Below are positions 1 through 12,352 of a stretch of DNA of 64,000 bases, piece after piece. Each line of letters starts with the position of its first letter. Position 1 is the stretch's first letter. The stretch is from Tubiluchus corallicola. Its lineage: Eukaryota > Animalia > Priapulida. The stretch lies in NCBI GenBank assembly GCA_030141605.1, contig JAQGDQ010000222.1:124001-188000 (forward strand), read 5' to 3'. Made by a program: the position numbers and the translations under genes. The notes beneath the pieces are model-generated. The model was not told the DNA's origin. It saw only the letters and a list, made by a program, of their open reading frames with translations, and did not search any database.

Positions 1-220
1 TGTCCCCATTGTTGTTGTTACATGATTTGCAGTTCTGGAGACGTTGCGATTGCGTTAGAAGACCTTCGTACACATTTAAATCACTGACGCATCCAAACAT
101 ATCTGCATCCAGAGAGTTAGTCCAATATGCGCCAATGGAGCCAAACACCTCGTCGTCACCAATGTTTGAAAGATCGGGCCCAGGGTCGCTGAGATCTACT
201 TCAAGTGTAAAACCACCAAA
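1..220 (-). CDS. Pentraxin-like gene exon (cut by window edge)
   Basis: tttattag|FGGFTLEVDLSDPGPDLSNIGDDEVFGSIGAYWTNSLDADMFGCVSDLNVYEGLLTQSQRLQNCKSCNNNNGD. Confidence 0.75.
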
Positions 221-3200
221 CTAATAAATAAAAATGCAGATATTTGGTAGCCATAGTTTTTGTAGATGACGAAGGTTTTGAATGTAACAGCATCTATGCC
301 TCGTTATTTCATTGTTGAATTAATGTCCATTTGTTCCCTAGCCTGTATTACTGAGGAAAATTATATCAGAAACAAAGCTTGACCACTGTGTTTAATGTCC
401 ACTGTATTTAATTTAAACCATGAAACGTTTTTTATCAATGATGGTGTCTCTATGATGTAAATATCATATATACTACTAACATCTTCTCCACATTCTGAGT
501 AAAATCTGATCTTTCCTGCAGACTCACTGATTTCGACACAGCCATGGTGCCAGTATCCATCGCACAAACCTGACCCGAATATATTTCCAAAACCAGGTAC
601 GCTAAAAAGACAAAACCCCTAAATGTCACTGATTCTAAAGCACATCATAGTATCTCCATTACAGGCTTGTTATCTGGGTACCGACTGGTTGGCATAGTGC
701 TTGGATGCCTGCAAGATTTTCTATACCATAGATGAAATATTTTGGTATTCATGGGAATTCTGTTTTTTATAATTCTGGTCAGTCTGATATTCTGATTTAA
801 TAGCTAGAGGTCTTAATGACCTCTAGTTGCTCGTATGTAGTACAGAGAAAATATTACAAACTTACTGAACTTTTTTTGAAATTGACGTTATAAACATTGA
901 AAAGAAATTCGAAAAATTTGCTGAGAGCCATTTTCTTAGTGATAATCTTAGTTGAAATTTCAACTAAAATGTTAAATGTTAAAATTTTAAAACTTACTCT
1001 CCGCATGGAAGAGAAGTTTTGAAATTTAAAATCGACCAGATTACCATTGAGTCATCCAAACCATCAACTCCTGGTACAGCTGTTGACTTGTAGCACCTAC
1101 ATTGGAGAAATTACAAATTAAAAACAAAAAAAATTATACCCAAGATGCATGCAAGTTATGTTCGAAGAAAATGTGCTAATCCTTGTAATAGCTGTTTGTT
1201 AACCCTTCCAATAATAATAATTGACAGCTAGATTAAGGAATTAAAGCAAAACGGATCCAATTTTAAACCGTAGGTAAAAACAATCTACTCTTTAAAATAT
1301 TGAAAGGAAACATTCTGTTTTTTCAAAGATGACTTACAGGAAATGAGTATGTTGTGAACGCAACAAAAATACCTCTGTTATATAGATGATGCACGGATGG
1401 TGATGAAAAGGATGATGGCGAGGGTAATGATGGTAATTATGGTGACGACAACGACAGCGGCGATGATGACGACGATGATGATGGTGATGATGTTGATGAC
1501 ATAAAAGGTAACACTAAAAAAGCCTGCACATACCCACACAGGGTGAATTCAGAAAACTGTTTGCGTTTCTGTAAAATGGATCCTATAAGTTCCGCGCGAG
1601 TATTGTTCCTTCCATTAAAGCAAAGTTCAAAAACGTGAGGATCAAGTTTGGCACACGGCTCTCCTGAAATTCATTTAGTGCTATATTAATATTCTTAGTC
1701 AGTAAACAATTGCGTACCGACATTAATACTGGTCAATTTAAAAGTTTAAATTAACAGTAATAGAGTGAGATTGTATTATTTTACATTAATTAATTATGTG
1801 TCTCATGTAATCATGATAAATTTTGACTGATTTTTTAAGAATCACTGAAACAGTAGTTGACAAAACGTGGAATCAGCACTGAAACGTTATCCTGAACAGA
1901 CATTTATGAAATGTAACTTAAAGAAGTGTAAGGGGGTATTATGAAAACTAAACTCACAACAACTTTTCCCAAGCTTGATTAAATGCGAATTATTTAATAA
2001 ATTTTATTTTATTTCTTTTCTTTTCAATGCTAAGTGACTTTTTTTACTACTGGGTTATTTCTTTATACTGTTTTTCATTTTGTGAGCCGAGCCGAAATTC
2101 CGTGATTGAATTTTCAACTTACCCTTTGCAGTAAAGTAAATGCTTAATGGAAAATTTAGATAGTTGAAGTTTGGTGTAGCCACTGTGTACGGATGTGCTC
2201 ACTGAAATATGAACTTTTTATTTTACAATAATCTTATCCGCTAACAATAGCAATGTCATTTAATTGAAATACTGAGTACTGACAGTTGGGTTTACCCTGC
2301 TTGGAATTTTTATTCTTGAGTTTCTTGTTAGCGTTTCGCCTCCTTTTGAATTTTGCACCACTTACCTAAAATAACAAATTTTTCATTTTCTCAGAATACT
2401 GTTGCATGTTTAGTACATCTAGTATAGGTTTTTGCAGATTGCTTAATTGATTAGCAGGGTTATAGACATACAGTTGTGTGTATGTTTATGCCCTAAAAGT
2501 GGCAGTTGCTGTTCGGCGGATGTCGAAGCATCTGATACCATGGCCGCCTGAGAGCGCAGTAGTATAATGACGGCCGTGCAACCAAACGTTTCGCCGCCAT
2601 TTAGTTTTAGTATTTGTGGATAGTGTTTTAATGTTGAAAATTAAATCTATCATCAATTATTTAGGAGATCATTTTGTTTTTTAACTCAATTTTTGTGTCA
2701 CCACAACGTGAAATAAGGCCTATATAGATACTGCAGTTAGATTAAAAATTGGATATGCACATTGTTTTAGCAATGTGCTCCCAAGCAGGACTTTTAGCAT
2801 TGCGATATTTTTTTATAATATGCAGAATCTGTGACATAATCCCATAAACATGCTGCTCGTTCAATCAGTTCTATAAAATTGAAAATTTACTCTTGCTCTT
2901 CTAAGGCTGGCATGTGCATTCCCTACTCCGTAGTCTGACTAAATTGTTTTTAGTAGTCTATAATTATGCGTTTATAATTACAACGTTTATAATAATGCAT
3001 ATCTTGTCCTAACACAAGTCACGGGAAAAAGAAAAACCAAAGCTGGAATACTGATCCCAGATTCGATGAAATATTTGGCTCACGACGTACAAAACAGAAC
3101 TTATTTCTATTTTCGGACAGCTGTTGTCTTCACGGCCACTTCGATAAATTCCGAGTATCACCTTTGATTTAAAATTAATGTAGTCTAATTTAGGCGATCA

Positions 3201-4914
3201 TTTCAGCAAGGCCAACATCGGCCGGTTTGTGTATTTTGGCGGCCGTGTATCTGTGACCATGTTATGTGGTGATGGTGTTGCTATATCAGCGACCGTAGTT
3301 GTGATCTTATTTCTTTTAACAACTGCTATTCTACCACATTCCGTTGTCTACCACAACCGTCAACCACAAACCGTTGGAGTGTGGAGTATTAAAGTCTGCG
3401 ATGAGTTTTAGAATTTAAAATACAGAGACATAACAGAAAATTTCCATACGCTCATTTATTTTATTTTATCGCCTTTTTTGCAACTTTAACACATACAATT
3501 TTAAGATTATTCTTTGTGAGTATGTACAGAGATATGTATAGCTTATGTGGCACTGTGATATTCACTTTCAAAAATGCCAGGGGTATTCTTTCTTCAACAG
3601 AGCAGTTGCTCTCAAATCAGTGTAAATCACTGAGGAAATCTTAATTTGTGTACACACGATGGGTATCTTTTCACTTATTAATATTATAGGAAAATTTTGG
3701 CGGAGAGTCAAAAATAGTGTGCTGGTTATGTGTGGTTCATTTATTTACTTACATAGTATACTTCAGTAGGAAAGTTGCAGCTATAGGAAAGCTTTCCAAC
3801 TAGTTAATGTGTTAGTTTTATTCTGAGGTCACGTAACCCAGGCACTATTAGTTTAAAAATTGCGCATTTTGTTGGTCTAAAAATGCAAATTACACAATTT
3901 TTTTAGAATTGGAAGTGGACCACAAATCTTGACAACTGAGACTTCAAAACACTAAGGAAGTGTGACCAAAACATTTCGTGACCTAGGCACAACAAAATTC
4001 GTTTCCCCTACAGTTATATGCTCGCGCCGCTTGCTTTATAATTTTTGGACAAATTCCGAGAATACGGCCCAAGTGGTCAGTTCTTTCAGTGGTCAGTGTC
4101 GTTGTTATTGTGGACGCAATAAAAAATGCTGTACGTGCCGTCTACTCTGTGAACGTTCCGTAGGAATGGTCTTCATAATAGACGCTTACCACTACACTTC
4201 AGAATTGCTCATAAATTAATTATAGTAGTATAGTTTATTGACTATAAATACGGTGATTAATACAGAAACTAGGGTAGCAGAAAATAATAAAGTTTACAGT
4301 CCATTGATTATTCTTTTCAAGAATTTATCACAGGTGGATCATATTAGCAAAATAGTTGTACCAACTTTATACCATTGAAAAAGTTGTCATACATTTTACT
4401 TTGATATTTTAAGCGAAGAGTAAACATTAATAAAACCACTTTTAGTTTTGAAAAGTTTGTAGCACTTGAGAGCAAATTTCAAATGCATGGTTGCTCTCCA
4501 TAATATTAGACAGTGCTGAAAAGTTCACACTAGGATATTTCCTTCTAATTTCAGTAGTTGTTAAGCGCCCGACTCTTTACAGAAGGCATGTACTGCATCT
4601 TGAAGCTTTACTCATCATTCTCTCCTACGAATCCTGCCCTCATAATGGCAGTCTTCGTATGAGCAACACAGAAGCACAGAGACAGTCAGTCAAGCAACTT
4701 CTCGTTAGCTTCGTTACATCGGTCATGAGTAACACCCCCCCCCCCCCCACCCACCCACTCCCCTACACACACACACACAAAGGATTTTTATCCCACATAG
4801 AATGACAATTGCGATTTACTGGCACAAGTAAACCGCAACTCAGCAAAAAATAAAGGAAAGGCTTACCAAACTCAACAGTCCAAGCGCTAAGATTAACCAC
4901 GTCACTAACTGCAT
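1..4914 (-). CDS. Secreted pentraxin/laminin-G-fold protein, spliced, 3' end beyond left edge. Exons 4867-4914, 2296-2365, 1534-1663, 998-1096, 481-601, 1-220
   Basis: Six GT-AG-bounded segments join in compatible phases (0,1,2,2,0) into an open frame: MQLVTWLILALGLLSLVSG (signal peptide), AKFKRRRNANKKLK..., FELCF...FSEFTLCGCYKSTAVPG, LCDGYWHHGCVEISESAGKIRFY, MFGCVSDLNVYEGLLT...CKSC...GD. The FTxC, DGxWHHxC and FxGxxxDxNxY motifs occur in pentraxin-domain order. Confidence 0.75.
481..601 (-). CDS. Pentraxin-like gene exon
   Basis: tctttttag|VPGFGNIFGSGLCDGYWHHGCVEISESAGKIRFYSECGED|gttagt. Confidence 0.8.
998..1096 (-). CDS. Pentraxin-like gene exon
   Basis: tgtag|CYKSTAVPGVDGLDDSMVIWSILNFKTSLPCG|gtaagt, 99 nt, phase 2 to phase 2. 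Confidence 0.75.
1241..1345 (+). mobile_element. Terminal fragment of TTAA-flanked MITE family A
   Basis: ttaaagcaaaacggatccaatttt...gacttac matches the reverse complement of 47920-48019. Confidence 0.7.
1397..1500. repeat. Degenerate (GAT/GAC)n microsatellite
   Basis: Visible trinucleotide repeat. Confidence 0.85.
1534..1663 (-). CDS. Pentraxin-like gene exon
   Basis: atttcag|EPCAKLDPHVFELCFNGRNNTRAELIGSILQKRKQFSEFTLC|gtatgt. Confidence 0.75.
2296..2365 (-). CDS. Pentraxin-like gene exon (polybasic N-terminus)
   Basis: ttattttag|VSGAKFKRRRNANKKLKNKNSKQ|gtaaac, phase 0 to phase 1. Confidence 0.6.
2532..3253. mobile_element. Possible non-autonomous DNA transposon (hAT-like MITE)
   Basis: Imperfect terminal inverted repeat ctgataccatggccgcc / ggcggccgtgtatctg and several subterminal CGGCC motifs; no clean TSD. 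Confidence 0.35.
4867..4914 (-). CDS. Pentraxin-like gene, first coding exon (signal peptide)
   Basis: MQLVTWLILALGLLSL followed by GTAAGC donor; polypyrimidine tract and AG acceptor 8 nt upstream of the ATG. Confidence 0.65.
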
Positions 4915-5042
4915 TTTTCCGACTATATAAATATAAAAATAGAAAATTTGATCGAAAAACCGAAAACTATTTTCTCATTTTCTTTAGGTTACGCCGAAAT
5001 CAAACAAGTTAACGAATGTACAATGTTTCAGCCAACGTATGC

Positions 5043-5279
5043 TGTTGGGGATAATGATACTGTCATGTGCTGCCACCTTTTAGGCCTTTAGGCCTTGAAT
5101 GAATTTCTTGCTTTAAATTTGGACTGTATACTTATATACTCAGGTGATTAATCTTTCTTTATACAGAAGGCAATAGGACAGTAAAGTGTCACACTGTCTA
5201 GATCCTGCTTAATTTAGCCTGATTTGATCATTTGGTAAATGCTTGTGACTTGCAGTTTGTTGATGCTTTTAAGATTTAA
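5043..5279 (+). repeat. 5' LTR (truncated)
   Basis: About 237 bp matching 11014-11250 with 4 substitutions by my count, then runs almost directly into gag. Confidence 0.92.
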
Positions 5280-5292
5280 TTGACTTAGCACA

Positions 5293-8200
5293 ATGGATGT
5301 CACTGTAGACGAGCAATGCAAAAAGCACAAGACAGCGAAGCCAAATCACAAAGAAAATTACAAAGATTAATGAGATGTTAAGTGCTGAGGACTCCACACA
5401 AGCAATTTCAACACAGGTTATGGAGCTTGATGAATTATATCGGACATTTTATGAGATTCATCGAACCTTGCATAGTCTTTTAAATGATGATGATAGGATT
5501 GCCTGCCAGGAGTACTTGAAGGATGTAGATGCAAGCATCAATGCTGTCAAAAATGCAGTCGAAGGCTTACTTGAGTGTGGATGTTGGGCAAACAAACACT
5601 GGAGTACAGCCCAAGGAAACGCAAGGAGCAGGAGCTGTTAATGCAAAGTCTTCAGCTTCAAGAACAATGAAGTCCAGGAGCTCTCTTAGTAGCATAAAGG
5701 CCAAGGTTATGGCAAGAAGAGCTTCTCTAGAAGTCGCTATATTAGAAGAACAAAGACAGTTGGACTTGGCAGAATTGGAACTGAAGCAAAAACGGAAACA
5801 ATTGGAATTAAAAGGACAGATGGATAAAGTGGAAGCTGAACAGAAGGCTATAGCTGAAGCTGAAGGAAGTGATCAAGAGCTTGGGTCAGATGATGCGTTC
5901 CCTGTTACACAAATAAATCGTACTAGAGATTGGGTCAATGAGCAGCAACGTACTCATGAGTCTGCATATTCAGCACAAAGAGGTCCTAGTCCAGATAATG
6001 CTGACAATCTGCCAGCATATGACCTGCAAAGGACTGAACAGTTCGGACATGATCTGAACTGATCTGCTACAACTTCCGAAGGCTGAGCTCAATAAATTTA
6101 AAGGAAATCCGCTTGAGTACTGGGAATTTTGTAGAACGTTTGACCATTTCATTGATCACACAACAGCAAGTGACTGTGCTAAACTAAACCAGTTGTTTCA
6201 GTACTGTGAAGGTGAAGCTTTAGAAGTGTTCAGATGCTGTGCTGTTATGGACCCTAGTGAAGGCTATCGCTGTGCAAAGAAACTTCTGCAGGAGCGTTTT
6301 GGTAACTCTCACAAGATATCTCAAGCTTGGATAGACAGGCTTATTCAAGGACCACCCGTCGACCCTGCAAGAAGGCAAGAAGTTGCAACATTTGGCAGAT
6401 GACTTACGTAGTTGCAAAATTAGTTTGGAAGCAATGGGTAGAGTTGATGAGGTTGAGTCAAGAAGAATAATGGTTAAGATTATGAATAGATTGCCAAAAT
6501 GCCTGCAAGGGCGTTGGAGGTCTAAAGTAGCTGACGAGTTGGAGAAATCTGACAGATACACTGGAATTAGTGCTTTATCTACCTTTCTAGACAGAGCTGC
6601 CAGAGAGGCCACTGATCCAGTTTTTGGGACAACTTCACTAAAACGCACACTGAACAGGGGCAAAGTAAAGTCTAACAGGATCAATCAACAAGCTTCGCTG
6701 CTGTGACATTGAGGAAAGATGACAAGAATGCCAGAATAAATAATCAGAATTTTGATCCAAAATGTCTAATTTGTTCAGGCAAACATTACTTGGACCAGTG
6801 TAATTTGTTTTTAGACAAAGAACCGCCTGATAGACTCCGCTTTATAAAGGAACGGAAACTTTGTTTCAATTGCTTCAAGGGAAGGCATTTTAGCCAAACT
6901 TGTTCTAGGATCAAACGGTGTAACGTAGGAACATGTGGGCGTAAACATTCATCCCTCCTACATGATACTTTCAGCAGCTATTGTCAGAGCATGACAACAT
7001 CTTCAGAGAATGTCATTTCAAAGGACAAAATGTGCAGCGAACAGACACGACTGAATGTTGTACTCAAAGCAAGACAACCAATGACGAAGCTGCCAAGGCT
7101 GACAACTATACTTGTCGTACTGAGAATAAGAAAGATAAGACTGCTCTACCAGTTGTCTCGGTAATTGTTGGTGTACCTAACTCAACAAAGACAGTTAATT
7201 CTTATGCACTTCTTGATCCTGGGAGCACACGGACCTTTGCTTCCATGGATCTCGTAAAGAAATTAGATTTGACCGGTCAGAAAGGAAGTTTACTTGTGTC
7301 AACTTTGTCAGGAGAATCTGATGAAGATATCACAAAGGTAACCTTGCAGGTTCAATCAACTGGAGGAAAAAATAAGCAACTGATTAGTCTGGATACAGTC
7401 TATGCTCTAGAACAGTTTCCTTCTTTAAGAGATAATTTTATCTCAAGTTCTGATTTGACTAGCTGGAAACATTTGCGAGGCCTTCCATTTGCTCGTGTGA
7501 GACCGGGTGAAGATGTTGAACTCATTATAGGTCAAGATTGTGCACAGGCATATGTACCTTTGCAAGTGAAACGAGGCAGGTTTGGGCAGCCGTATGCTAT
7601 AAGAACACCATTGTGATGGACGTTTCATGGCAGTGTTGGTAGCGCTGAACAAGAAAATGCCATGGTTAACATGATCATATCTACTTTCAGTTTAGAGGGA
7701 TATGTGCGAAAATTCTGGGAGATTGACAAATATGGCACAACTGACGGAATGCCAATGTCTGTAGAAGATAGACAGGTGTTGAAGTTATGGGACAGACGGC
7801 CACTTTGGAAAATCAACATTACATGATGGATATTCCCTTCAAAAAGGTGCCACCAGACTTTCCAGACAGGCTGCCTGTAGCACAAGGGCGGCTTCAGTTT
7901 CTCAAAGCCCGTTTGAAGAAGAATCCTTCTCTGCATGAGCAATATATGAAAGGTATGAAAGACTTATTGATGCGTGGCTATGCTGAACCTGTCGATAGCT
8001 GGGATGGTGTAAAAGGGTACACTTGGTATTTGCCCCATCACGGCGTTCTTAACCCCAACAAGCCAAAGTTGAGGATTGTCTTTGACTGTGGCATGGTGGT
8101 TGAAGGTGTCTCTTTAAACATGAACGTTTTACCCGGTCCAAATCTGACGAACAAGTTGCTGGGAGTTTTGATACGGTTCCGAGAAAATCAGGTTGCTGTC

Positions 8201-10983
8201 ATGGGTGATATTGAAGGGATGTTCAATGAAGTGCTAGTGTCACCTGATCACAGAGATTCTCTCAGGTTTTTATGGTTCCCACAAGGCAACCTTGAGGAGG
8301 ATCCAATGCCTTTTAGAATGACACGCCACCTGTTTGGCGGATGTTGGAGTCCCGCTGCTGCGACTTATGCTCTTCAGAAAGCAGCTACTGATAACACAAA
8401 CTTCTTTCCAACTGATGTTGTTGATTCTGTTATGCGAGATTTTTACGTGGATGACTGTCTCCGCTCATTTAACTTGATCTCAGAAACTGTTGACTTTGTG
8501 GCTAGTCTTAGTGTACTGTTGATGAGAGGTGGTTTTAGAATAACCAAGTGGATTAGCAATAGCAGGATAGTCATGGAATCCATCACTGAAGAAGATCGTG
8601 CAGGAACCATGAAAAATTTAGATCTTTTTAAAGGAGTGTTGCCTGTTGAGAGAGCACTTGACCTTCAGTGGAATATTGAGACGGACCAACTACGTATCAA
8701 GGTTAATGATTGCAAGAGAGCTTATACAAAGAGAGGTCTGTTGAGTGCCCTAAGTTCAGTATACGACCCATTCGGACTGGTTTGTCCAGTGATCTTAGTA
8801 GCCAAACGGATGTTTCAAGAAGAATGTAAGCTCGACAAGAATTGGGACGATCCGATAAAAGAGGAAATCTTTGCTGATTGGAGCAAGTGGCTAGAAGAAC
8901 TTCCATTGCTGAATATGTTTGGAGTCCCTAGGTGCTTTGTTCCCCCCCCCCCCCGACTTTGGTGATCCAACATGCCATCAGTTGCATATTTTTTGTGATG
9001 CCTATTGTTATTTGTTATTGTTATTGAAGTTTGCTTATTGTTTACAGCGGCATACTTAAGGATGCTGAATGCGGATGGAGAGACTTACACATGCTTGATA
9101 ATGGCAAAATCCAGACTGGCTCCCTTGAGAGGACAGACAATTCCACGCCTAGAATTATGTGCTGCCGTGGCAGCAGTTCATTGGGTAAAACTATAAAGGA
9201 AGAACTTAGACTGGTTGTCAATGAAACACTGTACTGGACGGACAGCATGATTGTGCTAAAATACATATTGAATAAAAATAGAAGATTCAAGGTATTTGTG
9301 GCCAATCGTGTCAGAGTTATTCATGAGATATCTGATACCAAACAATGGCATCATGTCAGCAGTAGTGAAAACCCAGCCGATTATGCTTCAAGAGGATGTT
9401 CAGCTAAAAAATTCTTAAGCCTTACCCAATGGCTAACAGGACCGAAATTTCTCATGACATCTTCAGAGCACTGGGACAAAACAACGCCAGAAATCAATGA
9501 TATAACAGAAGAGATGGAATGCAAACAAGATGATAGACTTAGAGCAAAGGTCTTTGCAGAGTCTGGTGCTGAAAAAAGCCCATCCGAGGAAGCATTACAG
9601 CAGTTGATAAACTATTACTCCTCATGGTATAAATTGAAGAAGGCAGTAGCTTGGCTCATCAGATTCAAGAAGTTACTGTCAAATACTGTGAAGGATCAAG
9701 AGAAAACCAATGTTCCAACAGGTAGTTTGTCTGTTGAAGAACTGAAAGAAGCTGAATTAAATCTGTTCCAATATGTTCAAGGAAGTCACTTCAAAAATGA
9801 AAGGACTACTCCTCAACAGAACTTAAAGATCAATAAAGGACCAAAATTCCAAAGGATAGCAAGCTAAAAGCTCTGGATCCTGTACTATCTTCAGAGGACG
9901 TAATCTGCATAGGAGGACGAATTGAAGCAGGCATCAAATTATCTTACCCCGTGAGGATCACATAGTAGATCTGATACTTATGGAGATGCATGAAAATGTA
10001 GGCCATTGCTGTCGTGAATACTTAAGGGCCCTAGCAAGAGAAAAGTACTGGATAATAAAGGCCAGACCAAAGGTCAGGAAAATAATTTCAGACTGCACTG
10101 TTTGTAGACGCCGAGGTGCCAAGCCTATCTCACAAAGAATGTCTCCATTGCCAAGTGATCGAGTAGATCCAGGTAATCCGCCCTTTTTCAACACTGGCGT
10201 AGATTGTTTTGGGCCCGTTGTCGTAAAAAGAGCTCGCTCACACGTCAAATGATATGGCTGTCTCTTTACGTGTATGTCCACCCGGGCAGTTCACATTGAA
10301 GTACTGCACTCAATGAGCACTAGCAGGTTCATCAATGCTTTGGTGAGATTCATCAGTCGTCGCAGACACCCACGTTCAATTAGATGTGACAACGGTACAA
10401 ACATTGTAGGATCAGAGAGAGAACTTACAATAGCCATGAAAGAGCTTGACCAAGAAAAAATAAATGATACCCTGAGAAGACGCCAGATCCAGTGGAAGTT
10501 TAATGCTCCAAGTGCACCGCACCAAGGAGGTGTTTGGGAGAAAATTATAAGGTCAATTAAAAAAGTGATGTTGTCTGTCACCAGAGAACAAACACTGGAT
10601 GACGAAGGATTGCTTACGCTGATGACAAGTATCGAGCAAATTCTCAATTCGCGTCCTCGTACTGTCATTTCTGATGACCCAAAAGACATGGAGCCCCTGA
10701 CCTCAAACCACATCTTGCAAATGAAAGTGACTCCAAATATATCTGCCTACTCTTCAGCGCTTTCAAAAGTGGGAAGATGCCTCTCTCCAAATTAAGTCCA
10801 GGTGATGTCGTCCTAATTCTTGACTACACATGTCCACGTAGTGAGTGGCCCCTTGGCAGAGTCACACATGTATTTCCTGGTAAAGATGACCGAGTTCGGA
10901 CGGTGCAAGTCAAAACACCCACTTCAATTCTCAAACGACCCATTCAAAAGCTTTGCTTACTAGAAAGGGCTAATGGAAATTAA
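5293..10983 (+). pseudogene. BEL/Pao gag-pol polyprotein, broken by at least 10 frameshifts/stops
   Basis: ORF-track pieces 5375-10983 tile gag-PR-RT-RH-IN in changing frames; in-frame stops at PL*WT (~7614) and K*YG (~10250). Confidence 0.93.
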
Positions 10984-11013
10984 ACGTTAAAATCGTTTAA
11001 TAGGGGGGTGTGA

Positions 11014-11465
11014 TGTTGGGGATAATGATACTGTCATGTGCTGCCACTTTTTAGGCCTTTAGGCCTTGAATGAATTTCTTGCTTTAAATTTGGACTGTAT
11101 ACTTATATACTCAGGTGATTCATCTTTCTTTATACAGAAGGCAATAGGACAGTAAAGTGTCACACTGTCTAAATTCTGCTTAATTTAGCCTGATTTGATC
11201 ATTTGGTAAATGCTTGTGACTTGCAGTTTGTTGATGCTTTTAAGATTTAAATGCCAGAGCTGGCCAATATACGTAAGTTCAAAGTTTAATTTCTATTTGA
11301 TGCAACATTTCTACTTTGCAACACTACATTTACAATTTTGTTGTAATCTGTAATGTTTTTGTAATTCACACCTATTTTGATTTATTTTTTTCCCCAGAAT
11401 AAATAACTGTTAGCAAGCCAATGCGGAATTAGAAGTTTTTGTTTTGGGACATTCCGTCAGCTACA
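11014..11465 (+). repeat. 3' LTR (complete, ~452 bp)
   Basis: Follows the PPT aggggggtg; TG...CA ends; AATAAA at 11398. Confidence 0.9.
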
Positions 11466-12352
11466 TATACAATTGGCTACCTTCACTTTTTATTCGTTTT
11501 CTAATTAAATTTCATTTTGTTTTATAATGGTAAATTTTATAAAATGCTCGTAATTCCTTCCAAAACTGGTAAATTTAACAGGCTCACATGCTTTATTCCA
11601 AATAACAAGCTGCAATTAGATAGACAGGTTGAGAGATGGATATTACTTTTATTATTATTATTGTTGTTGTTGTTATACGTTATTAGACATGTACAAATCA
11701 AATTCTTAAAGCTCTTCAACAAAATAAAACCGTTTAAAAATCGATTTTATTCTTTTTTTAAGAAATGAAGTTTTTCCAACGCGTGGCTTACCACAGCTGC
11801 TCAGCTGTCTACAGATACTGTAGTAATTTCGAAATTTAGCTATTACTAATTTTATTAAAATTGGAGGATAACAAACTTCTAAAACACAGAAAGAACACGT
11901 ACCTTGTCAAACACCGCACACAGTAGTAACTGATTTACTGCGCTGGATTGTCGCGTGACAGACAGTCCATTTGTTTCCCTGTTTTAAGTAGTTCATGATC
12001 GTGACCGTGACGAAGTAAAGTTGCTATCAAAGCTGGTCATATTTTGAAGTCAATTTTAACAACTTTATACCGATTATACCAACTAGTACGCGATTTCAAT
12101 TATGTGATAATTGATCTTATTAAAGTTATCAACGAAATAAACATTGTTATAAGATACTATATTGTGTGGATTTGGCGCGAAAACCAAACGCCTGGAATTA
12201 GTGGAGGACCTACACAAAAGGCCCTAATCGGGTCGTTAACAATCAATGGTAATTAAGGAAAATCAGTTCCTTGTGACAAAGACGTTCCCCTTGACAACCT
12301 CCGGCATTATAAGGTCCTTATTATATCCTGATTACGCTATACCTTGTTCAAA

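Larger units (their letters stand above)
5043..11465 (+). mobile_element. BEL/Pao LTR retrotransposon, degenerate
   Basis: Two LTR copies starting TGTTGGGG, the 3' copy ending in CA. Near-TSD tatgc/tatac; polypurine tract 11002-11010. Gag CCHC knuckles, protease LLDPGS, RT (YLPHH, LRIVFD, YVDD), Pao RNase H (TIPRLELCAA, YWTDS, NPAD), integrase (HHCC, GVDCFGP, CDNGTN, GGVWE). Confidence 0.96.

Noticed and set aside
6220-10713. Antisense ORFs inside the BEL element
   Set aside because: Shadows of the pol coding strand with no recognisable motifs
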